Below are positions 12,548-24,289 of a stretch of DNA of 64,000 bases, one piece after another. The position numbers were made by a program, and so were the translations under genes. The notes beneath the pieces were generated by a model. The model searched no databases. It was not told the DNA's origin and saw nothing but the letters and a program-made list of their open reading frames with translations. The DNA comes from the human T2T-CHM13v2.0 reference genome, Homo sapiens, in NCBI GenBank assembly GCA_009914755.4, contig CP068257.2, forward strand, positions 22,432,001-22,496,000. The letters are read 5' to 3'. Numbering within the stretch: the stretch's first letter is position 1; each line of letters starts with the position of its first letter.

Positions 12548-13560
12548 ATGACAAAACAAGGTTATTTAACAGCCCCAAAAGATCACACTAGCTCACCGTC
12601 AATGAATCCAAACCAAGAAGAAATTTCTAAGCTGCCAGGAAAAGAATTCAGAAGGTTGATTATTAAGCTACTCAAGGAGACATCAGAGAAAGGTGAATAC
12701 CAACTTAAAGAAATCAAAAAAAATGATACAGAAAATGATATGGATAGAAAATCTCCAGGTAAATAGACAGCATAAATTTTTAAAAAATCGCAATTTCTAG
12801 AAATAAAGGATCCACTTAGAGAACTACAAAATACACTGGAAGTCTCAGCAATAAAATTAAACAAGTGGAAGAAAGAACTTAGAGCTCAAAGACAAGTCTT
12901 TTGAATTAATCCAATCCAACAAAGATAAAGAAAAAGGAATAAAAAATGAACAAAGCCTCCAAGAAATTCGGGATTATGTTAAATGACCAAACCTAGGAAT
13001 AATTTCTGTGCCTGAGGAAGAAGAGAAAACTAGAAGTTTGGAAAACATATTTGAAAGAATAATGGAGGAAAATGTCCCTGGCCTCAATAGAGATCTAGAC
13101 ATCCAAATACAGCAAGCTCAAAGAACACCTGGGAAATTCATCACAAAAGCATCTTTGCCTAGGCACATCAGGTGATCTAAAGTCAAGATGAAAGAGAATC
13201 TTAAGAGTTGTGAGGCAAAAGCAACAGGTAATCTATAAAGGAAAACCTATCAGAATAACAGCAAATTTCTCAGCAGAAACCCTATAAGCTAGAAGGAATT
13301 GGGGTTCTATCTTTAGTCTCCTTAAACAAAACAATTATCAGCCAAGAATTTTGTATCCAGTGAAACTAAGCTTCCTAAATAAAGGAAAGATACAGTATTT
13401 TTCAGACAAACAAATGCTGAGAGAATTCACCCCTACCAAGCCAACACTACAAGAACTGTTAAAAGGAGCTCTAAATCTTTCAACAAATCTTTGAAATACA
13501 TCAAAATTGAACCTCCTTAAAGCCTACATCTCACAAGACCTATAAAATAATAACTCAAGG
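12548..13560 (+). pseudogene. L1 ORF1 remnant (RNA-binding protein ORF1p). Only the first 72 codons are open before stops and frameshifts.
   Basis: The six-frame ORF 12548-12766 matches the L1 ORF1 N-terminus. Downstream, NEQSLQEIRDYVK.PNLRI and ...KGKPIRITANFSAET... are recognisable, but only across frames. Confidence 0.7.
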
Positions 13561-13599
13561 GGAAAAAAAAGAAGGTATTCAGGAAACAACTAGAAGAAT

Positions 13600-16500
13600 T
13601 AATAGAATAATAACTCACTTCTCAATACTAACCTTGAATGTAAACAGCCTAAATGTTCCATTTAAAAGATACAGACTGGCAGGATGAATAAGAATTTACC
13701 AAGCAAGTTTCTGCTGTCTTTAAGAGACTCACCTAACACATAAGGACTCACATAAGGTAAAGGACTGAAAAAGATATTCCATGCAAATGCATACCAAAAG
13801 CAAGAAGGAGTAGCTATTCTTATGTCAGACAAATAAACTTTAAAGCAACAACAGTTTAAGAAAGACAAAGAGGGACACTATATAATGATAAAAGGACTAG
13901 ACTGACAGGAAAATATCATAATCTTAAATATGTATGTACCTAACACTGGAGCTCCCAAATTTATAAAACAATTACTACTAGATAGTGGGGGACTTCACTA
14001 ATCCACGGACTGCACTAGACAGGTCATGAAGACAGAAGGTCAACAAAGAAACAATGAACTTAAACTATATCCTAGAACAAATGGACTTAACAGATATTAC
14101 AGAATATTCTACCCCCATACTGAAGAATACACATTCTACTCATTAGCACATTGAACATTCTCCAATATAGACCATATGATAGGCCACAAGGTAAGTTTCA
14201 ATAAATTTAAGATAATTGAAATTATATCAAGTACTCTCTCAGACCATAGTAAAATAAAATTGGAAATCAACTCCAGAAGGAACCTTAAGACCATGCAAAT
14301 ACATGAAAATCGAATAACCTGCTTCTAAATGATCATTGGGTCAACAATAAAATCAAGATGAAAATTAAAAAAATTTTTTGAACTGAACAATAATAGTGAC
14401 ACAACCTGTCAAAATCTCTGGGATACAGCAAAGGCAGTGCTAAGAGAAAATTTTATAGCCCAAAATGCCTCCATAAAAAAGTCTGAAAGAGAAGAGGTAG
14501 TCAATCTAAGGTCACACCTCAAGAACCTACAGAAACAAGAACAAACCAAACCCAAGCCAAGCAGAAGAAAAGAAGTAACAAAGATCAGAAAACTAAATGA
14601 AGTTAAAACAAACAAACAAAAAAATGCAAAAGATAAATGAAACATAAAGCTGCTTATTTGAAAAGATAAATAAAATTGATAGAACATTAGTGAGATTAAC
14701 CAATATAAGAAGAGAGAAGATCCAGATAAGCTCAATTAGAAATGAAATGGTACATATAATCAATAACACAGAAATACAAAAGATTATTCAAGCCTATTAT
14801 GAACATCTTTATGAGCATAAACAAAAAACCTAGAGAAGATGAATAAATTCCTGAAAATGTACACCCCTTCTAGATTAAACCAGGAAGAAATAGAAACTGA
14901 ACAGACCAATAACAAGCAGGAAGACTGAAATGGTAATATAAAAAACTTGTCAATAAAAGTTCAGGACCGGAAAGATTCAAAGCTGAATTCTATTAGACAC
15001 TCAAAGAAGAATTGGTACCAATTCTGTTGGCATTATTCCAAGAGACAGAGAAAGAGGGATTCCTACCTAAATCATTCGATGAAGCCAGTATCACCCTAAT
15101 ACCAAAACCAGGAAAGGACATAACAACAAAAGTAAACTACAGACCAATATCCCTTATGAACTTATAATAGATACAAAAATTCTCAACAAAATACTAGCCA
15201 ATCAAAACCAACAGCATATCAAAAAGATAATCCACCATGATCAAGTGGGTTTCATATCAGGGATGAGGGGCTGGTTCAACTTACATAAGTCAAAAAATGT
15301 GATACGACACATAAACAGAATTAAGAACAAAGATCACATGATCATCTCAATAGACGCAGAAAAAAATTGACAAAATCAAGCATCCTTTCATGATTACAAT
15401 CCTCAGGAAAATTGGCATAGAGGGTACATACCTTAAGGTAATAAAAACCATTTATGACAAACCCACAGCCAACACTGTACTGAATGGGGAAAGGTTCAAA
15501 GCATTCCCCCTGAGAACTGGAACAAGACAAGGATGCCCTCTTTCACCACATGAATTCACCATAGTACAGGAAGTCCTAGCCAGAGCAATCAGACAAAAAG
15601 AAAGAAATAAAGGGTATCCAAATTGGTAAAAAAGAAGTCAAACTGTTGCTGTTGACATATGATATAATTGTATAGCTAGAAAACCCTAAAGACTCATTCA
15701 AACTCCTAGAACTGATAAATGAATTTAGTAAAGTTTCAGGATAAAAAGAAATGTACACAAATCAGCAGCAATGCTGTACACCAGCAGCTAGCAAGCTGAG
15801 AATCAAATCAAGAACTCGACCCCTTTCACAATTAGCTGCAAAACAAACAAACAAACAAACATCACCACCACCACAAACAGCAACAAAAACTTAGGAATAT
15901 ACCTAACCAAGTATGTGAAAGACTTCTAAAAGGAAAACTACAAAACACTGCTGGAAGAAATCATAGATGACACAAAAAAATGTAAACACATCCCATGCTC
16001 ATGTATGGGTAAAATAAATATTGTCAAAATGACCATACTACCAAAAGCAATCTATAAATTCAATGCAATTCCCATCAAAATACCACCATCATTCTTCACA
16101 GGACTAGAAAGAAAAATCCTGAAATTCATACAGAACCAATGAGGAGCCTGCATGGCCAAAGCAAGACTAGGCAAGAAAAGAAAATCTGGAGGCATTACAT
16201 TATCCAACTTCAAACTGTAGTATCAGACCATAGTCACCAAAACAGCATGGTACCAGTATAAAAACAGTCATACAGACCAATGGAACAGAATAGAGATCCC
16301 AGAAATAAATCCAAGTACTTACAGTAAACTAATCTTTGACAAAAGAAACAAAAACATGAAGTGGAGAAAGGACACCCTATTCAACAAATGGTGCTGGGAT
16401 ATTTAGCAAGCAACATATAGAATGAAACTGGATCATTGTCTATCACCTTACACAAATATCAACTCGAGATGAACCAAAGACTTAAATCTAAGACCTGAAA

Positions 16501-17396
16501 CCATAAAAATTCTAGAAGATAACATTTGAAAAAACCTTGTAGACATTGACTTAGGCAAAGACTTCATGCCCAAGACCCCAAAAGTAAACACAACAAAACG
16601 AAAGAGAAACAGATGGAACTTAATTAAACTAAAAAGCTCTGCACAGCAAAAGAAATAATCAGCACAGTAAACACACAACTCACAGTGTGAGAAAATCTTC
16701 TGAAATTATGCATTGACAAAGGATTAATATTGATAATTTACAAGGAACTCAAATCAGCAAGAAAACAAACAAACAAACAAACAATCCCATCAAAAAGTGG
16801 GCTAAGAACATGAATAGACAATTCTCAAAAAAGATATACAAATGGCCAACAAATACATGAAAAAACACTCAACATCACTAATTATAAGGGAAATGCAAAT
16901 CAAAGCCATAATGTGATACTACCTTACTCCTGCAAGAATGATCACAATCAAAAAATCAAAAAATAATAGGTGTTGGCATGGATGTGATTAAAACGGAACA
17001 CTGTTACACCACTGGTTGGAAAGTAAACTAGTACAACCACTATGGAAAACAGTGTTCAGATTTCTTAACAGACTAAAAGTAGATCTACCATTTGATGCAG
17101 CAATCCCACTACTGGGTATATACCCAGAGGAAAAGAAGCCATTATGTGAAAAAGTTACCTGCACACACATGTTTACAGCAGCACAATTCACAATTGCAAA
17201 ATTTTGGAACAAGCCCAAAGGCCTATCAATTAATGTGTGAATAAAGAAAATGTAGTATATATTTACCATGGAATACTACTCAGCCATAAGAAAAAAATGA
17301 AATAGTGGCAGATACAGCAACCCGGATAGAATTGGAGAAGTAACCCAGGACTGGAAAACCAAAAATCATATGTTCTCACTCATAAGTGGGAACTAA
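13600..17396 (+). pseudogene. L1 ORF2 remnant (endonuclease/reverse transcriptase), multiply frameshifted
   Basis: EN, RT and C-terminal cysteine-rich region motifs appear in order but are spread across all three plus frames. The element ends at ...HKWELS/ISGN* at ~17396. Confidence 0.7.
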
Positions 17397-17699
17397 GCTG
17401 TGAGGATGCAAAGTATAAGAAGGATACAATAGACTTTGGGGACACAGGAGAAAGGGTGGGAGTTGGGAGATGGATAAAAGTCTACACATTGTGTACAGTG
17501 TACACTGCTTGGGTGACGTGTGCACCAAAATATCAGAAATCTCCACTAAAGAATTTATCCATGTAACCAAACACCACCTGTTCCCCAGAAACCTATTGAA
17601 ATAAAGAATAAAATCAAAAATACATAAGGAAATAAATAAACGTCTTCATTGTACAAGGCCCTCCTCTTGACACCAGACTTTCAAACATGCTATGTTTTC

Positions 17700-17985
17700 T
17701 ACGTGGAAGACGATGCTTTCCTTCTTGATTGACTTACCTTAGACTGCCGTCAGTTATCAGCTGAAAGGTTACTACATCAAGGAAACAACCATTCATTCTT
17801 TTCAGGGACTCTTGCTTTATACTCTCTCCACTAGAACTTTTCACTATAACTTGTCTGTTTAATTTTCTGTCTTAGTTACTTCACTGAGTCTTCTGGGAAA
17901 GAAGGAACCTGGTCTAACTTCCTTACGATTGTTTCCCGGCACCTAGCACAGTATGTGACACACAGTGACGTTAATAAAGATTTTC
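17700..17985 (+). mobile_element. Possible MIR/MIR3 SINE fragment (3' part)
   Basis: TTCCCGGCACCTAGCACAGTATGTGACACACAGTGACGTTAATAAAG resembles the MIR tail GTGCCTGGCACATAGTAAGCGCTCAATAAATG. The match is weak elsewhere. Confidence 0.35.
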
Positions 17986-20900
17986 TGAATCCATCAATGT
18001 ACATAATCATAGGTAATAAACAAAATATCACAAAGCTGAAAATACTGTGTATAAATAAACATAAGAAAGATCTGCTGACTTACAAGTACCTAAACATGTA
18101 CTTTAATACAAATAACCTCTTCTTATATTACCTAGACAATTTACATAATTTTAATACAATATTGGAACTGAGTGAGAACGTAGCTACTTTTTCATACAAG
18201 GGAGGTAAATTAGTAAAATTATTTTCTAAATATATTTATATGTAGTTACAACATTTGTCACCTTTTTCCTAGTAAATCTGCTTTAGAGAGTACATTCCAA
18301 AAAAAATCAAAAAATTATTTTATTTATGTAGTCAGTTACTGTAGTGTTATCTATAACAATGAAGAATTGAAACAGCTCAAAGGTTTAAAAATAAAAGAAT
18401 ATTGAAAAAGGTCACATATTCGATTCTGTGTAATAAACTATTATGCATGCATAATAATGCAAATTAGCAGGATTATGTACTACCACAGAAAACCGTGCAC
18501 AGAAAAATATGTGGACAACATATAGAATAACTTGATTATAACTATATAAAATTTTTACATGTATATTTAAAGCAGTTTAAAAGTATGTACAAAAGGAAAG
18601 ATTAATTCTTAGCTATGGATGCTCAAATCATTTATTGCTTTTGTCTCCCAGATGTGCCGATTTATTAACACTAAAACCTCGCTTGATGTGAATTTATTCT
18701 AAAGTTTTAAAAGTGATTATTACTTATATTTATGATATTAATCAATGATTCTCATCTCCATGGGAATACCTGTAGTTAATGTCTTTAAAGCATATTTACT
18801 TAAGTGATCTGGAGCACCAAGTTGACATTTCTCTTCTACCATATTGTGGCATTTGATTTCTTTTAAAATTGATTAGGTTGTACATACGTGATTTAGGCCA
18901 TTTTAAATGCATTACGTCTAATATGCCCGTTGGTTTTTAAAGCATTTCTTGGTCAATTCACCATGGGGTCATGTTAGATCAACCAGGTCAGGGCATAAAG
19001 TTCACTATCAATTAGTCTTCATATACTGGAAAATTAATCTTAGTGTTTCCTTCAGCCACATCCAACTTCCACTTTTTTTTCTTTTTTTTCTTTTTTTCAA
19101 ATCTCATTGCTTTACCAGTTTTTCTGTAGAAGCTCTACCAACTGATGTATCACTTTGATCCTCCAGGATGCACATAGAGAAATGAAACCTGAAAGAGACA
19201 GGAAGCCAAATTGGCCACCTAATGGCACCAGACCACAATGCAGAACAGAAACTTATGAAAAGAAATGGGAATAAGCTATTACTGTGCAGAAAGAGGATCA
19301 GACTGTAAGAAATATCTGGCAGGGTATCAGCCAAGCCAGTTGGAAAATCCAGAGCAAAATTACCATTGAGAAGAGTACTGTATTGGAAAAAAAAAAAAAG
19401 TCCAAATCACAGTACTCCATCACAGCTGAGATGCTCGGGCTGCCCAGATGAAGTATAATCTTGGCTTGAAAACCAAGAGGAATCCCAAGGCAACATGCAT
19501 TTAGAGGGTGCCAGCTAAGTGTATTCTTTGTACATGAGAGACAATTTCTTTCTTGAAGCTAGATACCAATGGAGCACCCCTGGCTGCCATACAGTCAGCC
19601 CTAGACTTCTGTCCTGTGTGATTTGACACATTGTTTAGATTTGTTCTTCTCCACTGGTCCTTTGCTTACCATGGTTTTTGGCTCATTCCATAGTTCTCTC
19701 TCTCTGGTCTGTAAATTAAATATGCTCACACTGGTCTCAGAAATTGGTAGCTGCTCTCAATTTACTAGTTTCAACTCAGCCAAATAAATACATGTTTATT
19801 TTGACAAATGAAGAAAGAAACATTGGGACAATAACATTAACACTCTGGCATAAAATTAAATCAAATTAGCCACTGATCACCTTCCACGAGAAGCTGAAAC
19901 TAATATAATAAAAAAAATCCTGGTATCCCTATATGATCTGACATATTTCAAACTATTCACTACCCATCACTATATGTTCTTTATTCCAGAGTCCCTATAT
20001 ATGGAAAAATTACACTTTCTATCTATAACACCAGGGTTGGACATGTGTCTTACTTTATTTAACAAAAAAGTGAGAGAAAATGTTATAACAAAATTCTGAA
20101 GTTATGTTCTGAAAGCTATCACACAGTTTTATTATTAGTCTTAATTTATACATTTTCCTCTTCCACAAGACTAACCAATAGTAGGAGCTCAGATAGGAGT
20201 TGTCTGTCTGATAAGGACAGAAAAATAAAATAATCTGAAACAATCCAACAAACAAAAAACAAAAGCGAACAACAACAAAAAAAACCCTACACAGTTGCCT
20301 CACAATAGATAGGGTGTGAGGTACAAATAAACCTTTGTTCTTTAAGCCACTTAATTTTTTTACAGTTTTCTGCTACTAAAAAATAACCTAGCCTAAGACA
20401 GTCGATGCTTTCCCTGGTCAACCTTGGGGGTTCGGTGTATGTAGTCTAAATGCGTGTCCTTAGGCTAACTGCTTTACATACTATGTTTCATCTATAACAT
20501 AGAATAAGAGTAAGCCTTGGTTTTCATGATAAACAAATGATACAAAACATGTAAATGACTGAGAAGAGTACCTAAAATATAACATATGCTGAATAAGTGC
20601 TGTTAGCTGTCACAAACAGAATGACTATTGCAACAGCTACTGCTGGTATTACTATTACTACTACTACTACTATAGCCCTATGAGAGACAGTGATTCAATC
20701 CCAATTTCTCTCATGTCTACCATTTGCTAGATTTATGGTCTGAGACAATTTCTTTAAACAATATGAGCCTCAGTTTCCCCAAATAAATTGCTCTATACCA
20801 ATGTTTATTTTTTTACATCCGTAAAGTGCTAACAGCATATCGGACTCACAGTCCCCAGCCCAACTTACTTCTAAAAATAGTTTATAGGTCAGCAGTTTTC

Positions 20901-22893
20901 TTTTTGGTATTAACCTCTAATGGTCCATATCTAGCAATTTCTGTATCTTTTTTTTTCATTTCCTTTTAAACTGGTAAAGATGATCCACATATTGTTTAAC
21001 CTTTTGGTTCACCTTTATGAATATTCTAATATTACAATTTCATAATATTAATGCATTCTTCATCTAAGTAGAACTCCAAATGAATCATATTAGGTATCAA
21101 CGTTTCTGCTGTAAAAGTAACTCTACTAAATTTTATGCTAAGTTAGCAAACACTTAGAAATACCTAAGATGAATATAAATTATGGAGCCTCAAGAAACAC
21201 AGGTTAGAAGCTTCTCTTTCTTCTGGCATGTTTTCAGGGTTGAAAAATAATATTCTTTTCCATTTTCTTACTGGGGAAATGAAGCAAAAAGACAGCCTTT
21301 GTTTGGAATTCGATAATTCTTATTTCCTAAAATTTTCCATGCCACTCTATTCTTTCTACACAAAGCATCTTTTGTCACATGTGTGTGACATTAATTTTCA
21401 CTGCAACCAATTTTCATGAATTCCACAAACAGATTACATATGCTTTTAGTTACCAACACAACACAAAGCATATTTTAAAAATATACCTCATTTATCACTG
21501 AAAGAAATAAAGTAGAAAGGCTTAAGTTAGCTTTACTGCTAAGTTTTTTTAGATGCTAAATTGCCTTCCACTCTTCTCTTTCTGGCTGCCTTGACTTCAA
21601 TTTCTCTTAAAATTCAGCCCATGCTCTATACAATGGCAAAGTTATCTTCATAAAAATTGAATTTGATTATTTCACTTCCCAGAGTACAGCCTTCATAGAC
21701 TCTCCAAACATTAGTAGAGTAAGGGTGAAATTATTCAGGATGATCTATTTGCTAAGCCTTCTTTCCTGAATCCCCATTTTCCTTGGGTTCCTGTGAAGCT
21801 ACCTACTTCTTTGTTTCTTCTCTAGCTATTCCCCAGCCTCCTTCTTCTAGACCTATAAAGATGGAATGAACATCTTCCACAATTTTGATCCTTTATGTTT
21901 TCATTTCTACTTCTATACCTCCCATAGAGATCTTAACTGCTGTCAAGCTGTTTTCCATGAATACCCACAAATATTTCTTGGAGCCCTGACACTAGCCCAA
22001 AGACCACCCCTGTGCTTTTAATGATTTGGTCAATATCTCCTAATGAGTGATCTAAAAGCACCTCAGATTAATCATGTTTAAAAGAAAATTTATTTTCCAT
22101 GCATCTATTCCCCTCGCCTATTAGCCCACATGAATATTACCTCCTCTTTCTGCTTTCCTTGCATCTATCAATGACCCCATCAGTATCTTAAATCTTAGGT
22201 TGTATAACCAAAATAGAACTGTGAAGTTGAAAGAATGTTTATAGATAATTTAAGCCTCCCTTCAGGATGCATAAATTTCCTCTACAAAGCACACTGGCCA
22301 AACTCTCTGTGAACCCTTAGTGATTGTAGGCTAGGTTGCGTGTTCATAGATTTTGCTCAGAAGATTGCTAGTATTCTCATGCAGAAGAGTTTAAAAGCCA
22401 ATATCCTAGACTACTTTTTTTCTCTATTCCTCAACATTTTTATTTCCTCATGCACAAATTGTGTCAATCACTTTAATGTTCCTAAAATGCAAATTTTTTT
22501 TTCTTTTTATACTTTCCTCAACTTGAGCCGTACCCATGAATCTCCCCTTGCACTATTGCTGCACTTGTTCAAGCATGCAAGATAAGGATGCTGCCAGTCA
22601 GCCCTGGAGAAAACCATTTGAGAGACTGAGACACTGTAGCTCTTAGAACTACAAGCCTGGTTATATTACTTTCCTCTTGCTGTTGTAACAAATTATAAAT
22701 AACTTTGTGTCTTAAAACAACACAAATTTATTATCTTTATACTTTTATAGGCCAGCTGTCCTAAAATAAATGTATTTCTTCTAGACTCTAGGGGAGAATT
22801 CATTTCCTTGCCTTCTCCAGCTTTCAAGGTCACTTACATTCTTTGGCTCATGGTCTCCATCCTCAGATCCAGCAGTGTAGTGTGTAGTATCAT

Positions 22894-22898
<5 letters not shown>

Positions 22899-22944
<46 letters not shown>
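22899..22944. repeat. (CT)23 perfect dinucleotide microsatellite
   Basis: tctctctctc... read directly. The same tract gives the Alu-independent ORFs RERERER / SLSLSLS in the six-frame track. Confidence 0.97.
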
Positions 22945-22945
<1 letters not shown>

Positions 22946-23996
22946 TTTCTGAGAAGATGTACTGTGCACAAGTCCTATGACCTGAACTCATGCAGAAGCT
23001 GAAGGCTATGTCTAAGAGAGCAGCAGCGGGGGTCACTACCAGTTGTTTAATTCCTCTTAGAGAAGCTTGGTTAAGGACACTTTCCTGGTAAATTTTGGAA
23101 CATTTCTGCTAAAGATTTCTGGAACAGAACTTTTGCAGTTGCCATCTTCTAAAGGAAAGATTTATAGCTATGTTAAGAGGTTTATCATTTTCTCAAGATC
23201 TTTCTGCATATTCCCTTGCTACATTAGAGAGGTACATATGGTCTCTTCCTCCAGTTCTAAGTAGATAATAATTTCCTCTAGTGTTTTGGTTTGGTTTGTC
23301 TGTTCATTTTAATATTACTCTTATCAGCTTCTAACTTTTCTCATGTCTGGGAAGAGTTCTGAATGCCTGACTTTTGGCAAAATGCTGACAACTGAAATAG
23401 AATTGTAGCTGAACACTCTTTCCTCAGTATTTCCCAATCCATTGCATATGATATGCCTCTGCTTGTTTAAACTTCCTTGATGAAGTGTTTAACATCACTC
23501 TCTTCTTAGGAATCCTTATGGGTTCACTATGGCCAAATAAATCATACTGTAACTCTCTGCCATTGAATTGAGGATCCTCTAGGATCTATTCTCAGACCTA
23601 ACAGTAGAGACTTAACTTCATATTTCCCTATCCATAATTTATCTCCCATAAAAAGATATCAGAGCTTTTAATGTTGTTCTAGTCAAATTGTTCATGTTTT
23701 TAAAAGTACAATGTAAAAACCATGTGAAATCGTTAGTATTAGGTAAGAGTCACTGTTCCTTGCAATACAGTTTCCTCATTAGGTGTAACAATTTATGTTA
23801 ATGAAGCTTGATAGAGTGACCATAAATAATTGTAAATACTTAGGCGGTCAAATTTTGCTCAAGCCATGGGAATCAGGAACATATATTTATAAGGTTATAT
23901 ATGCAAACCCTCATCAGTTACTCACACCCTTCATTCAAACCTTTGTAGACAAGTGAGGGGTCAGTGCTGCCATAACATAGTCACTTAACAATTGTC

Positions 23997-24285
23997 TTCA
24001 TATTCTCTAAATGAAGTCCAGGCTGAAATGGTTTCAGATGAGGATGAGGAACTTATTTGGAACTGGATAAAGGTCACTTGCTATGTTTTAGCAAAGAGAC
24101 TGGAAGCAATTTGCCCCTGCCCTAGAGATCTGTGGAATGTTGAACCTGAGAGAGATGATTTAGTGTATCTGGCAGAAGAAATTTCTAAGCAGCAAAGCAT
24201 TCAAGATGTGACCTGACTTGTTTTTGAAAGCATACAGTCATATGCGTTCACAAAGAGATGATGTGAAATTGGCACTTATGTTTAA
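23997..24285 (+). mobile_element. ERVL-MaLR internal-region fragment (THE1/MST-int-like)
   Basis: GAAGTCCAGGCTGAAATGGTTTCAGATGAGGATGAGGAACTTATTTGGAACTGG...GTTTTAGCAAAGAGACTGGAAGCAATTTGCCCCTGCCCTAGAGATCTGTGGAATGTTGAACCTGAGAGAGATGATTTAGTGTATCTGGCAGAAGAAATTTCTAAGCAGCAAAGCATTCAAGATGTGAC matches the conserved THE1-internal segment as I remember it. Confidence 0.6.
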
Positions 24286-24289
24286 AAGG

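Larger units (their letters stand above)
11030..17640 (+). mobile_element. Full-length L1 (older primate L1P-type), ~6.6 kb, with 5'UTR, ORF1, ORF2 and 3'UTR. ORFs are disrupted.
   Basis: A ~1.5-kb 5'UTR-like GC-richer segment comes first. ORF1 starts at 12548 (MTKQGYLTAPKDHTSSPSMNPNQEEISKLPGKEFRRLIIKLLKE…). The ORF2 endonuclease motif LTLNVNSLN..KR.RLA lies at ~13620. Reverse-transcriptase motifs follow (…ISLMNL.IDTKIL…, FADDM.LY equivalent, [42 protein letters not shown] at 15390-15629). The ORF2 C-terminus is [35 protein letters not shown] at 17016-17240. The 3'UTR ends ...CCTATTGAAATAAAGAATAAAATCAAAAATACATAAGGAAATAAATAAA. The 5' boundary is uncertain by ±100 bp. Confidence 0.85.

Noticed and set aside
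15835-16790. (AAAC)n-like runs inside the full-length L1 (15835-15862, 16765-16790) as independent microsatellites.
   Set aside because: They fall within otherwise colinear L1 ORF2 coding sequence, in A-rich lysine-codon stretches. They are minor slippage within the element and are not separately annotated.
10597-17985. MIR fragments on both sides of the full-length L1 as one MIR split by the L1 insertion.
   Set aside because: The left fragment is minus-oriented and the right one is plus-oriented, and the MIR portions do not complement each other. The L1 did not simply split one MIR. The palindrome at 10597-10917 explains the left-side MIR-like sequence better.
599-24285. The THE1 LTR at 599-972 and the THE1-int fragment at 23997-24285 as parts of one element.
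   Set aside because: They are about 23 kb apart with unrelated sequence and a full-length L1 between them. They are most likely independent insertions.
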